Assembly: GCA_963664135.1 (NCBI GenBank)
Contig: OY760905.1
Span: forward strand, 1,636,736-1,700,735
Length of the DNA stretch: 64,000 nucleotides
Reading direction: 5' to 3'
Origin: an uncultured Acetobacterium sp.
GTDB lineage: Bacteria > Bacillota > Clostridia > Eubacteriales > Eubacteriaceae
Within the stretch, counting starts at the first letter, position 1. Each line of letters opens with the position of its first letter. The position numbers and the translations under genes were made by a program. Shown one piece after another: positions 44,654 through 55,342 of this stretch. Under the pieces are notes generated by a model. The model was given only the letters and a program-made list of their open reading frames with translations. It was not told where the DNA came from and made no database searches.

Positions 44654-45705
44654 TGAAATCGCTGTTTGGCTGCCTCTGCAAAAATTATCGCCGCCGCCGC
44701 TGAAGCATTAAAGGATTCGATTTCGCCGTGGATCGGAATCGATACCGCAAAATCACATTGCTTCTTTATCTTTTCGCTAATTCCAGTCCCCTCATTCCCG
44801 ATGACAATTGCCAGTGAACCTTTATAATCGGCTTTATAATAAGGATTACCCTTCATATCGGTGGACATGATCCAAAAGCCTTTTTTCTTAAGATCATCAA
44901 TCGTCTGGCTTAAATTAGTCACCTTAACGATCGGCGTGTGGGATACCGCGCCGGATGAAGCCTTAACGGAAACGGCGGTTAACGAAGCTGAACGGCGGTT
45001 GGGAATGATCACACCATCCGCGCCGCAAACATTGGCACTTCGAATAATCGCTCCCAGGTTATGAGGATCGGTCAGATGATCCAAAATGACAATAAAGGGG
45101 TCTCGTCCCTTGGCTTTGGCATGATTGAGGATATCTTGAAGATTACTGTAAGGGAATGGCGCCATCAGCGCCACAATACCCTGATGAACCTGACCGTCAG
45201 CCAAATACTCCAATCTTGCTTTTTCGACCGAGTGGATAATGATATTCTGTTTTTTAGCCATATCCGTAATCTTTTTAAGGACGTGATCGGTGTTGTCTTT
45301 TAAAATCAACAACTTATCAATTTCCTGACCGGAACGCAACGCTTCCATAACCGGATTTTTTCCGACGATTACGAAAGTTTCTTCGGTGACGCCATCATCT
45401 TCCCGGTTATGTCCATCAAACTTACGTGCTGGTCGCCGGTCATCAAAGCGACGTGGTCCCCGCTCTTCTTTGGGACCGCGGCTATCAAATTTCCGTGGTT
45501 TTTTATCATCTTTGGCACCACGTTCTTCGAATTTATGACTGCTTTTGCCAGTCTTCGGCCCACGTTCATCCGCGCTATTTGACCGCTTATCACCTTTGGT
45601 AGAATACTTTGATTCGCTGCTCTTGGATGCCTGATCGTTCTTTTTCGACCTCGGCTTGTCACTGGTCTTGCTGCTGTTCGATCGACTATTTGATATTTTT
45701 TTCAT
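44650..45705 (-). CDS. rlmB: 23S rRNA Gm2251 methyltransferase RlmB with ~100-aa low-complexity N-terminal extension
   Basis: GKNPVMEAL, HQGIVA, DPHNLGAIIRSA, GNEGTG, ESFNAS. Confidence 0.95.
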   Translation of the reverse strand: MKKISNSRSNSSKTSDKPRSKKNDQASKSSESKYSTKGDKRSNSADERGPKTGKSSHKFEERGAKDDKKPRKFDSRGPKEERGPRRFDDRRPARKFDGHNREDDGVTEETFVIVGKNPVMEALRSGQEIDKLLILKDNTDHVLKKITDMAKKQNIIIHSVEKARLEYLADGQVHQGIVALMAPFPYSNLQDILNHAKAKGRDPFIVILDHLTDPHNLGAIIRSANVCGADGVIIPNRRSASLTAVSVKASSGAVSHTPIVKVTNLSQTIDDLKKKGFWIMSTDMKGNPYYKADYKGSLAIVIGNEGTGISEKIKKQCDFAVSIPIHGEIESFNASAAAAIIFAEAAKQRFQ

Positions 45706-45796
45706 CTTTTCACCTATTCTTTTATTTTAATTCGATTTATTTCTTGATAAATCGATTCCTGCATTGTTTCTTATTTTATTGTTTTATTATTATATC

Positions 45797-46990
45797 TTAT
45801 TCGTTTGTTTCGGTTTCTGCGCTTGCGCCTTGGATTTCATCCATTGGTTTTCGTTTTCGCGGCGGCAATGGCCCATAATATTGATAATAATGGGTCTTGA
45901 TGTCCCCATTATACAGTTTTCTGTTTTTGGTTGATGCTTCGCCAAAGAATTTCTCAAACTTCTCGTAACCGGTAATAATAAAATAAGACCAGTCCTCCAA
46001 ACTTCGAAAAACCTTGCCCATATCCCGATACAAACGCTGAATTTCTTTTTCTTCGCCAATTCGTTCACCATAGGGTGGGTTGGTGATAATTACCCCATAT
46101 TTTTTCTTGGTGGAAATCGACTGGACCGCTAATTTCTGAAAAGCAACCAGATCAGCCACGCCAGCCAATTCGGCATTGGTTCGGGCTTGTTTCAGGGCAT
46201 CGGCATCACAGTCGGACCCCAACAGTAGAAATTCCTTGTCATTGATGGCGTCCTTGGCTTCCTGTCGTGCCTGTTCCCATAGATCAGCAGGAATGGCATC
46301 CCAGGTTTCAGAAACAAAATCCCGTTTCAGCCCCGGGGCAATATTTTTACCAATCAGAGCCGCTTCAATGACAATCGTTCCCGAGCCGCAAAGGGGATCC
46401 AGAAAAACGCGATCCGGCCGCCAACGGGATAAATAAACCAGGGCGGCTGAGATGGTTTCCTTCAAGGGCGCCTCATTTCCGTATTGACGATAGCCCCGCT
46501 TGTTAAGACCAGAGCCACTGGTGTCGATGGACAAGGTCACCTCATCCTTGAGAATTTGAATATGAATGGGATATTTGCCACCATTCTCATCAAACCATTC
46601 GACATGGTATTTTGACTTTAATCGTTCCACCACAGCTTTTTTGACAATGCGTTGTCCGTCTGATTTACTGAATAGGGTTGATTTGACACTGGTGATTTTT
46701 GCCGCCGGGAACTCGCCATCAACAGGGATCCAGTTTTCCCAAGGTAATGCTTTTGTCTTTTCGAACAGTTCATCGAAGGTTTCAGCTTTAAAACGGCCAA
46801 TCTCCAAAAGTACCCGGTCAGCACAGCGCAGCCACAGATTTGATCGGGGAATGGCTTCCAATGGACCCGAGTAACGGATTTTTCCGTTCTCAACCTCTGT
46901 TACTTCGTATCCCAGTTTTTTTATTTCGTCTTTTACCACACTTTCGATTCCAAAAGCGACCGTGGCAATTAAATTTACTATTTTCGGCAT
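45797..46990 (-). CDS. THUMP-domain class I RNA methyltransferase (RlmL/YpsC-like)
   Basis: SNLWLRCADR, LNKRGYR, EAPLKET, DPLCGSGT, TNPPYGER. Confidence 0.92.
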   Translation of the reverse strand: MPKIVNLIATVAFGIESVVKDEIKKLGYEVTEVENGKIRYSGPLEAIPRSNLWLRCADRVLLEIGRFKAETFDELFEKTKALPWENWIPVDGEFPAAKITSVKSTLFSKSDGQRIVKKAVVERLKSKYHVEWFDENGGKYPIHIQILKDEVTLSIDTSGSGLNKRGYRQYGNEAPLKETISAALVYLSRWRPDRVFLDPLCGSGTIVIEAALIGKNIAPGLKRDFVSETWDAIPADLWEQARQEAKDAINDKEFLLLGSDCDADALKQARTNAELAGVADLVAFQKLAVQSISTKKKYGVIITNPPYGERIGEEKEIQRLYRDMGKVFRSLEDWSYFIITGYEKFEKFFGEASTKNRKLYNGDIKTHYYQYYGPLPPRKRKPMDEIQGASAETETNE

Positions 46991-47160
46991 TCATTTTTCC
47001 TTTATCGTTATTTTTGATCCCATTTAAACTATCAATATTACATTATAGCATAGTATTTCGATTTATTCTTAATAATAATGTATATAAATTAAATATCGAC
47101 TAAAAAATACCGGTGTAACCATCGTACACCGGTATTTTAAGTAATAACAATTAATATTTC

Positions 47161-48396
47161 TTAAAAATTCTTTATTTCTTCATCCCGACCAAAGACCAGA
47201 AAGCCTTCATATTGTCCATTATCCCAAGCGGCAATCTGTTTTCCGAATTTTTTCTTCATCGCCACCAGATTCACCTGATAGCCTTTGCTTCGCCAGCAAT
47301 CAGCTTCGCCAATCACTTCCACCATGCTATTGGTTTGTGGATCATAGAACAAGATAATTGCCGGATCGATTTGTTGGGAGTTCTGTTGTTCTTCCATCAG
47401 AATGGTAATAATCCGCTCGAAGCCAATCGAAAAACCAACGGCTGGCACCGAAACCTTGCTATACTTCCCGATCATGTTGTCATAACGGCCACCACCAGCA
47501 ATGGAATACCCATAGGGGCCATAGCTGACTTCAAAAATAAGGCCGGTATAGTAACCCATGCCGCGAATCAGTGAAAAATCAAAAACGACTTCAAAATTAT
47601 CTTTCGCCAGGGTTTTGATGGTATTGATCACCTCGGTTAATTCTCCCATAGCGCCAACATCGGCCACCCACTGATCCAGATTACCCAGATTGACACCGGC
47701 AACACAGGCCATCAGCTTTTCCACTTTTTCCGGTTCATGACCTTTTTCCAGCAATTCCTTGGTGACGCCAGTAGCTTCGATTTTGTCCATTTTATCTAAT
47801 GAAATACAAACAGTTCCGACTTGATCAGCGGTAAATCCAGCTTTTATAATGACCTCGCTTAATAACTGGCGATGATTCACCTTGATGGTGAACCCTTTAA
47901 AGCCCATCGCCAAAAGCGCTTTTGCGGTGGTATCCATCAACTCGATTTCGGCATGAACAGAGGGATCCCCGATGATGTCGATATCGCATTGTTTAAAGGC
48001 CCGAAACCGACCTTTTTGAGGCCGTTCTGCCCGAAAAACATTACCAATCTGGATGGCTTTAAAAGGGGTTTCTAAAGCTTCCTGATTATTTGAATAGAAA
48101 CGGCTCAGTGGCAGGGTTAAATCGAACCGCAGTCCCATGTCGCACAGATCCAGGACACTGGCATCCTGATTTAATTTCAGTTTTTCACCGCGTTTTAAAA
48201 TGGTGAAGAGCATTTTTAAATTCTCGCCGCCGTCACTGCCCAGCAAGAGTTCTAAATTTTCCATTACCGGTGTTTCAATGCGACTGAATCCGTGGGCCCG
48301 ATAAACCGCCAGAATCTGCTGCTCCAACCGATCCCGAATTTTCATTTCATCCGGCAATATGTCCCGTGTTCCTCTAACAGGTTTTGAACTGATCAT
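47161..48396 (-). CDS. hisS: Histidine--tRNA ligase
   Basis: PVRGTRD, LRFDLT, RAERPQKGRFR, RGMGYYTG, GGGRYD. Confidence 0.96.
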   Translation of the reverse strand: MISSKPVRGTRDILPDEMKIRDRLEQQILAVYRAHGFSRIETPVMENLELLLGSDGGENLKMLFTILKRGEKLKLNQDASVLDLCDMGLRFDLTLPLSRFYSNNQEALETPFKAIQIGNVFRAERPQKGRFRAFKQCDIDIIGDPSVHAEIELMDTTAKALLAMGFKGFTIKVNHRQLLSEVIIKAGFTADQVGTVCISLDKMDKIEATGVTKELLEKGHEPEKVEKLMACVAGVNLGNLDQWVADVGAMGELTEVINTIKTLAKDNFEVVFDFSLIRGMGYYTGLIFEVSYGPYGYSIAGGGRYDNMIGKYSKVSVPAVGFSIGFERIITILMEEQQNSQQIDPAIILFYDPQTNSMVEVIGEADCWRSKGYQVNLVAMKKKFGKQIAAWDNGQYEGFLVFGRDEEIKNF

Positions 48397-48408
48397 CTGG
48401 TCACCTTT

Positions 48409-49635
48409 CTAAACTAAATTGATTTGCTTAAAGGCTTTCTTGCCTTTTTTAAGCACAAGTTTTCCCTCTTTAAAATCTGCCGGGGTTATCACAAGTTTGA
48501 AGTCTTCAACTTTTTCCCCATCAACAAGAATCCCGCCTTGTTGCACCAGACGCCGACCTTCGCTGCGGGTTGGGATCAGCTTAGCAATTTCCAGCAAAGC
48601 CAGAATATCCAATCCTTCTCCCAATTCAGCAGCAGATAATTCGACGCTGGGGATATCCGCATCGCCCTGATCACCGGCAAACAGTTTCCTGGCCGCATTT
48701 TGAGCCTCTTGAGCCGCTGCGGTGCCATGAATAATCTCGGTGACCGTAAACGCCAATACTTCCTTGGCCTGATTAATTTCTGAATCTTTTAATGCGCCCA
48801 GGCGACGCACCTCATCCATCGGAATAAAGGTCAGCAGTGCCAGACATTTTTGTACATCAGCATCGGCAACATTTCGCCAGTACTGATAGAAGTCATAAGG
48901 GGTTGTTTTTTCCGGATCCAGCCACAGCGCGCCCTTTGCCGTTTTACCCATTTTAATACCTTCGCTGGTGGTTAGCAGTGAAAAAGTCATACCATAAACC
49001 TGTTCGGCATCTTTTCGCCGGACCAGTTCAACCCCGGCAATGATGTTGGACCACTGATCATTTCCGCCAAACTGCATTTTACAGCCCTGTTCTTTATGTA
49101 ATACATAAAAATCATAAGCCTGCAGCAACATATAATTGAACTCTAAAAAGGTCAGCCCTTTTTCCAGTCGCGATTTATAGCAATCCGCAGCCAGCATCCG
49201 ATTGACGGAAAAATAAGCCCCGATTTCCCGCAAAAAATCAATATAATTAAGTGGCAACAGCCACTGGGCGTTGTTGATCATCACGGCTTTGTCATCTTCA
49301 AAAGTCAGGAATTTTTCAAAGACCTTTTTGAATTTCTCGCCATTTTCAGCAATCCGTTCCGGGGTCATAACCTGACGCATGTCGGTTCGGCCAGATGGGT
49401 CGCCGATCATGGTGGTACCGCCGCCGATAAGGGCAATGGGTCGATGGCCATGTTTCTGCATATGAGCCATGACCATGATTTGAATAAAATGTCCAATGTG
49501 CAGACTATCCGCCGTTGGATCAAAGCCAATATAGAAAGAAACGGATTCTTCCGCCAATAATTTTTTAATTTCCTCTTCGTGGGTACATTGTTCAATAAAC
49601 CCTCGTTCCTGTAATACGTCAAATACACTCTCCAT
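48409..49635 (-). CDS. tyrS: Tyrosine--tRNA ligase
   Basis: [25 protein letters not shown]-terminal S4-like domain; start after AGGAAAGGA. Confidence 0.97.
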   Translation of the reverse strand: MESVFDVLQERGFIEQCTHEEEIKKLLAEESVSFYIGFDPTADSLHIGHFIQIMVMAHMQKHGHRPIALIGGGTTMIGDPSGRTDMRQVMTPERIAENGEKFKKVFEKFLTFEDDKAVMINNAQWLLPLNYIDFLREIGAYFSVNRMLAADCYKSRLEKGLTFLEFNYMLLQAYDFYVLHKEQGCKMQFGGNDQWSNIIAGVELVRRKDAEQVYGMTFSLLTTSEGIKMGKTAKGALWLDPEKTTPYDFYQYWRNVADADVQKCLALLTFIPMDEVRRLGALKDSEINQAKEVLAFTVTEIIHGTAAAQEAQNAARKLFAGDQGDADIPSVELSAAELGEGLDILALLEIAKLIPTRSEGRRLVQQGGILVDGEKVEDFKLVITPADFKEGKLVLKKGKKAFKQINLV

Positions 49636-49741
49636 TAAATCTATGTCCTTTCCTGATTCCATCGGGAACTACCCGCTAATCTTCTTAATCTATTTTTGGA
49701 TTTATCTTTGAAATATAATATAATTGATAGTTTAATATAGT

Positions 49742-50962
49742 TTAATCCTGAGGCTTTTCCAAAGCCATCTGCTCTTTTTTAATTTCCCAGCGACTTAAGC
49801 CCTCTTCCAGAAATACCTTAATGACGGCAAACATCGGGATGGCAATAAACATCCCCCAAACACCAAAAAGACTGCCCCCGACAACTACACTGACCAACAC
49901 CCAAAAGGGATTGAGTTCAACAATTTTGCCCAAAAAGTTCGGAGCCAGAATGTTGCCTTCAAATTGCAGCAGCACCACTACCCAAACGCCTACCCATAAG
50001 GCTTTGACAGGATCATCAATCAGCGTAATTCCAACACTAATGACGCCGCCGATAATCGGTCCAAAATAGGGAATCATATTGGTGATCCCCATAATCATTC
50101 CAAACAGTGGGGCATAATCAACGCCAATCACCAACAGCCCTAAATAAAAGACAAATCCAACCAGGATCGATATCAGAATCTTCCCGGCAAAGTATTTATA
50201 AAAAATATCATCAATAGTAATCACCGCCCAATGACCCGCTGCATAGGAGCTCTTGCCCATGACGGCTTTAGTGAAACGATCCACCTGTTCGATAATTCTT
50301 TCTTTATCCAACATTAAATAGAGGCCGATAAAAAAAACAATGAAAAAAGAAATGATAAAACCAATGGTTCCCTTGACAAAAATAAAAGCCACACTGCTGA
50401 TATCTTTAATCGAATCGGGATTGGTTCCGAAATAAGCCGCCACCTGATTCCAGAGATCTCGAGAAGTCATACTTTGAAGTCCATCGATTGTATATTTAAG
50501 ACTGGCTACAATATCCTGGGCAGCACCGCCATTGGACATAATTTTGCTTAAGTAATCATCGATAACCGCTAAATTCTGAGGGGTTTGATAAATTAATCCA
50601 GTCAGACTCTCAATCACCGACGGAATCGTCGCATAAAAGAACAAGATCACTAAAACAATGGTAATGACATACACCACCAGAATGGCAATGATCCGCACGA
50701 TTCGCGACCGACTTATACTTTTAGGGATAACTTTGAAAATAAACTTTTCAATTCCCCGCATCGGTCTGAACAGAAAGTAGGCCAGGACAACGCCCAGAAG
50801 AATCGGTCTGAGCACTTCTAAAATACTGCCCATAATGTCTCCAACGGTACTTGCAATCATTCCAAAATTATCCAGTAGTTTATAAACCAGAAGCAATATA
50901 AGTGCACTGACTAAAATATAGCCATATTTCTTAACAAGTTCCACATCAACTTTAAACTTCAC
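49742..50962 (-). CDS. AI-2E family transporter
   Basis: Multi-TM; NMIPYFGPIIG, EGNILAP, GGSLFGVWGM. Confidence 0.88.
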   Translation of the reverse strand: MKFKVDVELVKKYGYILVSALILLLVYKLLDNFGMIASTVGDIMGSILEVLRPILLGVVLAYFLFRPMRGIEKFIFKVIPKSISRSRIVRIIAILVVYVITIVLVILFFYATIPSVIESLTGLIYQTPQNLAVIDDYLSKIMSNGGAAQDIVASLKYTIDGLQSMTSRDLWNQVAAYFGTNPDSIKDISSVAFIFVKGTIGFIISFFIVFFIGLYLMLDKERIIEQVDRFTKAVMGKSSYAAGHWAVITIDDIFYKYFAGKILISILVGFVFYLGLLVIGVDYAPLFGMIMGITNMIPYFGPIIGGVISVGITLIDDPVKALWVGVWVVVLLQFEGNILAPNFLGKIVELNPFWVLVSVVVGGSLFGVWGMFIAIPMFAVIKVFLEEGLSRWEIKKEQMALEKPQD

Positions 50963-51154
50963 CCACTCCTCCAGATTCGAATTTAACTCGAATTATATCT
51001 TAACATTTAACTCGAAAAATTTAAAGCAGTTTCAAATAGATTCTTAAATTAAGATTAAACTAAAATAAAACCGCATTATACTAAAGTTTTCCTTGTATTT
51101 TAGAGGAAACTATCATAATATTTTTATATAGCCAATTTACTATTAGGAGAAACC

Positions 51155-51634
51155 ATGATCTATATAGCCATTATCCTTTTTGTTATTTTTCTCGACCAAT
51201 ACTCAAAATATCTGGTCGTTGCACATATAATGCCCATTGATACCTATCCGATTATCCCGAACGTTTTCCACCTGACCTATGCTGAAAATACCGGAGCTGC
51301 CTTCAGCTTCTTTACAAACATGCAGATATTTCTAATCATCATGACACTGGTTTTTATTGGTGTGTTGATTTATTTTTTAATCAAAATTCCCAATATCAAG
51401 GAAAACCGGGTCATTAACATATCGCTGGCCTTCATTATTGGCGGCGCCGCCGGTAATTTGCTGGATCGACTGCGCTTGAATTTTGTGGTAGATTTTCTGG
51501 ATTTTCGCATGATCAAATTTGCAATTTTTAATTTTGCCGACATGTTTGTCGTCTGTGGCAGCATTATTCTTGTGATTGCTTTGTTTAATAATAAGAACTT
51601 TTTGGAAAATAATGACTTCGGCGAAATCGAATAG
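51155..51634 (+). CDS. lspA: Lipoprotein signal peptidase II
   Basis: LDQYSK, ENTGAAFS, GGAAGNLLDR, VVDF, FNFAD. Confidence 0.97.
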   Translation: MIYIAIILFVIFLDQYSKYLVVAHIMPIDTYPIIPNVFHLTYAENTGAAFSFFTNMQIFLIIMTLVFIGVLIYFLIKIPNIKENRVINISLAFIIGGAAGNLLDRLRLNFVVDFLDFRMIKFAIFNFADMFVVCGSIILVIALFNNKNFLENNDFGEIE

Positions 51635-51663
51635 CATCTTTTTGCCAAAAATCGCACATAAAT

Positions 51664-51710
51664 AAAACGCTTCCCGTGAAACATCTTTTGTTTCACGTGG
51701 AAGCGTTTTT
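51664..51710. terminator. Bidirectional terminator with parS-like arms
   Basis: AAAACGCTTCCCGTGAAACA-tcttt-TGTTTCACGTGGAAGCGTTTT. Confidence 0.75.
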
Positions 51711-51713
51711 TAT

Positions 51714-52400
51714 TTATTCATCCTGTTTTTCCAATAAACTCAGCATGCTGTCGCCCGTTGTATAGATATGTTCACAAGCAGCAAGATTGGCTTTCATTCC
51801 TTCGCCTTTTTCGATTTGTCTGATGATTTCCATATGCTGATTCACCAGCGGGTTTTTGTCATCAATGCGATGGACATATTCTGCCCGGAACCGCTGCATT
51901 TGTTCTCTTAGGCTATTGATCATCGTTAATAGCTTAATATTTCTTGAGGCTTTATAAATGGTTTCGTGAATCAGCATATCGTGTTTGATAATTCCCTCTT
52001 CATCGTTTTGTAGGGCTGACTCACCAAATCGCTCATTGGCTTCGTAGAGTCCATGAATTTCTTCCTTTGAAGCATTTAAAGCCGCCAGTTCTGCCGCCAG
52101 TCCCTCCAGTGCTCGGCGAATTTCCATCATTTCTTTGAGGTCATTAACCGACATCGGAGTAACGTAGACACCTTTTCGCGGTACCATTTTTACCAAACCT
52201 TCCAATTCAAGCTTTCGGATCGACTCGCGCACCGGGGTTCTGCTGACACCCATTTGCTCAGCTAATTGAACCTCCATTAAACGCTGTCCCGGCTGCAGTT
52301 CCCCGGTAATAATGGCGCAACGAATTGTTTCAAAAACAATTTCCCGCAATGGCTTGCATGAGCTTATATCAAGACTTAAGCCTTTTTTTTCATCCCACAT
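51714..52400 (-). CDS. GntR-family (FCD) transcriptional regulator
   Basis: GQRLMEVQLAEQMGVSRTPVRE wHTH; overlaps ispE end. Confidence 0.93.
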   Translation of the reverse strand: MWDEKKGLSLDISSCKPLREIVFETIRCAIITGELQPGQRLMEVQLAEQMGVSRTPVRESIRKLELEGLVKMVPRKGVYVTPMSVNDLKEMMEIRRALEGLAAELAALNASKEEIHGLYEANERFGESALQNDEEGIIKHDMLIHETIYKASRNIKLLTMINSLREQMQRFRAEYVHRIDDKNPLVNQHMEIIRQIEKGEGMKANLAACEHIYTTGDSMLSLLEKQDE

Positions 52401-53268
52401 AATCTTCTCCTTTATTTTCACTTGTTCCCGTTAAAAAACACATTGCATCGGTTTCTTTAAATCGTTGCCATGATTTTTGTGCTGATTCCTGATTCGGAAA
52501 ATAACCAATCACGGTCGAACCGCTGCCGGTCATCGTCGCTGCAATCGCTCCCTGGGCCAGCATTGCTTTTTTTATTTCTGCTATTTCCGGATAAATAGTA
52601 AAGGCAACCGCCTCAAAAACATTTCCAATACTGTCTTTCAGTCCATTGTAGTCATTAGCTTCCAGTAATTGGATAATCGCTTTGATATCCGGATGTTTTT
52701 CGATCATCAGCTCATCGAGCTGCTTAAATGCCCAGGGGGTGGCAATGTTGATATCAGGTTTCACTACCAGGACTGGCATGCTTTTAAGATCTTTCAGCGG
52801 GGTGATTTGCTCGCCGATGCCTTCCACCAGAGCGGTGCCACCAACCAGGCAATAGGGAACATCCGCCCCGATTGTCACACCGATTGCTAAAAGCTCCTGA
52901 AGGGAAAGCTTAAGCTTCCAAAGGATATTGAGCCCCTTTAAAGTCGCCGCAGCATCACTGCTCCCGCCAGCCAAACCCGCTTGGGCCGGAATTCTTTTCT
53001 CCAGGTGAATTTTAACACCCTGCTTAATATTAAATTGATTTTGTAGTTTTAGCGCCGCCTTCATTACCAGATTTGTTTCATCTAGCGGAATCTTCTGATC
53101 ATTTGATGTCAGGATAACCCCTTCATCGCAAGCTTCAAAGGTCAATATATCTTCCAGATCGATGGAATGATTGATCATCCGCATTTCGTGATAACCATTT
53201 TCTCTGATCCCGGTGACATCCAACGACAGATTCACCTTGGCCTTGGCTTTTAAACTAATCGTATCCAT
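52390..53268 (-). CDS. ispE: 4-diphosphocytidyl-2-C-methyl-D-erythritol kinase
   Basis: AKVNLSL, KRIPAQAGLAGGSSD, GADVP, MTGSGS. Confidence 0.97.
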   Translation of the reverse strand: MDTISLKAKAKVNLSLDVTGIRENGYHEMRMINHSIDLEDILTFEACDEGVILTSNDQKIPLDETNLVMKAALKLQNQFNIKQGVKIHLEKRIPAQAGLAGGSSDAAATLKGLNILWKLKLSLQELLAIGVTIGADVPYCLVGGTALVEGIGEQITPLKDLKSMPVLVVKPDINIATPWAFKQLDELMIEKHPDIKAIIQLLEANDYNGLKDSIGNVFEAVAFTIYPEIAEIKKAMLAQGAIAATMTGSGSTVIGYFPNQESAQKSWQRFKETDAMCFLTGTSENKGEDYVG

Positions 53269-53409
53269 CTTTCCCTCTCGTTGTACTTATAATATTGTAT
53301 ACTTTATCCATTGTATCATAATCCTGCCTTCTTTGGAATAAAAAATCATGGTTGAAAACCTGCTTTTATGGTGTATAATCAAGACACTACATTCTGAAAG
53401 GCCCCCCTC

Positions 53410-54111
53410 ATGATAACCAAACAAATAAACGCAATTATATTCGATTTTGATGGCACCCTGGTGGATTCCATGAATCTCTGGCACCAAATTGATGTGGATT
53501 TTCTGGGGCGTCGGGGACTCGCCTGCCCTGAAGATTTGTCGATGGCAATATCCGGTAAGAGTTTCACCGAGACCGCCGAATATTTTAAAGAACGGTTCTA
53601 TTTATCCGACTCTATCGAGGATATTAAAGCAGAATGGGATGTGATGTCCCGCAATGCCATTCTTAATGAGATTGGCTTCAAACCTGGTGTTCTGCCCTTT
53701 TTATCCTGGGTTTTTGCCCATGATATACCAATGTCCATTGCCACCTCAAATACGCGATCTACCCTGGAGCTGTTTCTACCCCAATATGGTATTGATGGCT
53801 ATTTTCATTCACTCCACTTTACCTGTGAAGTCGGCCGGGGCAAACCTTATCCCGATGTCTTTTTAGATGCGGCCAAAGCGCTTGACGTTCCGCCGGAACA
53901 TTGTCTGGTCTTTGAAGATACCTTAGAAGGCATTCAGGGTGCGAAAGCTGCCGGAATGTCGGTTATTTCTGTTGATGATGCGCTCCAATCCCATCGACTC
54001 GAGACCATTAAAGAATCCAGCCTTCATCATATTCAAAGCTTCCGGGAACTTATGACCCCAGATTTCAGCAAACATTTTTACAGGAGATTAAGCCATGCCG
54101 ATTCATTTTAA
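53410..54111 (+). CDS. HAD-family phosphatase (beta-PGM-like)
   Basis: [23 protein letters not shown]. Confidence 0.92.
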   Translation: MITKQINAIIFDFDGTLVDSMNLWHQIDVDFLGRRGLACPEDLSMAISGKSFTETAEYFKERFYLSDSIEDIKAEWDVMSRNAILNEIGFKPGVLPFLSWVFAHDIPMSIATSNTRSTLELFLPQYGIDGYFHSLHFTCEVGRGKPYPDVFLDAAKALDVPPEHCLVFEDTLEGIQGAKAAGMSVISVDDALQSHRLETIKESSLHHIQSFRELMTPDFSKHFYRRLSHADSF

Positions 54112-54793
54112 TAACGATTGGGAAAATCCCATTCAACAGGAACTCAAAGAAGATTACTATTTAAAGCTACGACAGTTTCTGATCACAGAATATAAAAGCC
54201 GGGTGGTTTATCCGCCCATGGGCGATATTTTCAACGCTTTCCATTTTACCTCTTTAACAGGTACCAAGGTTTGTATCATTGGCCAGGATCCCTATCATGG
54301 TCCCAACCAGGCCCATGGGCTGTCTTTTTCAGTCAAACCCGGGGTCGTCATTCCCCCTTCGCTGCTTAACATTTACAAAGAGCTGGAAACCGATTTAGGC
54401 TACCCCATTCCCAACCACGGTTGTTTAACCAGTTGGGCTGAACAAGGGGTACTGCTACTCAATGCTGTTCTTACCGTCCGCGGCGGTGAAGCTGGCTCCC
54501 ATCGCAATGTCGGTTGGGAGACCTTCACCAGCCGTATCATTGAGACTTTAAACCAACGGGAAGAGCCCGTCATTTTTATTCTCTGGGGCCGCGATGCCCA
54601 AAATAAAAAAGCACTGATTACCAACTCGCGTCACCCGATTATTTCTTCGCCACATCCCAGTCCGCTATCCGCCCACCGCGGCTTTTTCGGTAGCCGGCCT
54701 TTTTCAAAAACGAACGCCCTGCTGGTCGCCCGCGGCGTTGAACCGATTAACTGGGAAATCAAAAATCTTGATCCCGCCACTGGGATAAATTAA
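54095..54793 (+). CDS. ung: Uracil-DNA glycosylase
   Basis: [26 protein letters not shown]. Confidence 0.98.
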   Translation: MPIHFNNDWENPIQQELKEDYYLKLRQFLITEYKSRVVYPPMGDIFNAFHFTSLTGTKVCIIGQDPYHGPNQAHGLSFSVKPGVVIPPSLLNIYKELETDLGYPIPNHGCLTSWAEQGVLLLNAVLTVRGGEAGSHRNVGWETFTSRIIETLNQREEPVIFILWGRDAQNKKALITNSRHPIISSPHPSPLSAHRGFFGSRPFSKTNALLVARGVEPINWEIKNLDPATGIN

Positions 54794-55342
54794 ATGGATC
54801 TGAATATTCTCGTATGGATTCATCAATACCTTGTGATTGACCAACTCAATGGCTTCTTCATCTTTATCACGAACCTTTGGGGCGATGGCGTTCTTGCCGT
54901 GCTAACCACATTGTTGCTGATACTAAAAAAAGAAACCCGATTAACGGGCATCATTATTCTGGTTTCCCTGCTATTGAATTTTATGATCGTCAATGCTATC
55001 ATTAAGCCAATTGTAGCTCGACCTCGGCCATTCACTATTTATGAGATCCAAATACTTTTGCCGGATCCGCGAGGATTCTCATTTCCTTCCAGCCATAGTG
55101 CTTCTGTTTTTGCCTTTGTTTGGGCATATTTCATAACCCGAAAAGATCGGTTGCGGTGGATATTTCTTGTTTTTGCACTGTTTGTCTGCTTTTCCCGACT
55201 TTACCTTTTTGTTCATTACCCTACTGATGTTCTGGCCGGCATCCTTATTGGGATCATCTGTGCTATCCTATCGAAATGGTTCGTTTTGCAATTTAAAACA
55301 GAACCCTGGATGGTCGCCTTTCTAGAAAAAGAATCGCTCTGA
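54794..55342 (+). CDS. PAP2-family membrane phosphatase
   Basis: K..VARPRP, SFPSSH, SRLYLFVHYPTDV. Confidence 0.92.
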   Translation: MDLNILVWIHQYLVIDQLNGFFIFITNLWGDGVLAVLTTLLLILKKETRLTGIIILVSLLLNFMIVNAIIKPIVARPRPFTIYEIQILLPDPRGFSFPSSHSASVFAFVWAYFITRKDRLRWIFLVFALFVCFSRLYLFVHYPTDVLAGILIGIICAILSKWFVLQFKTEPWMVAFLEKESL

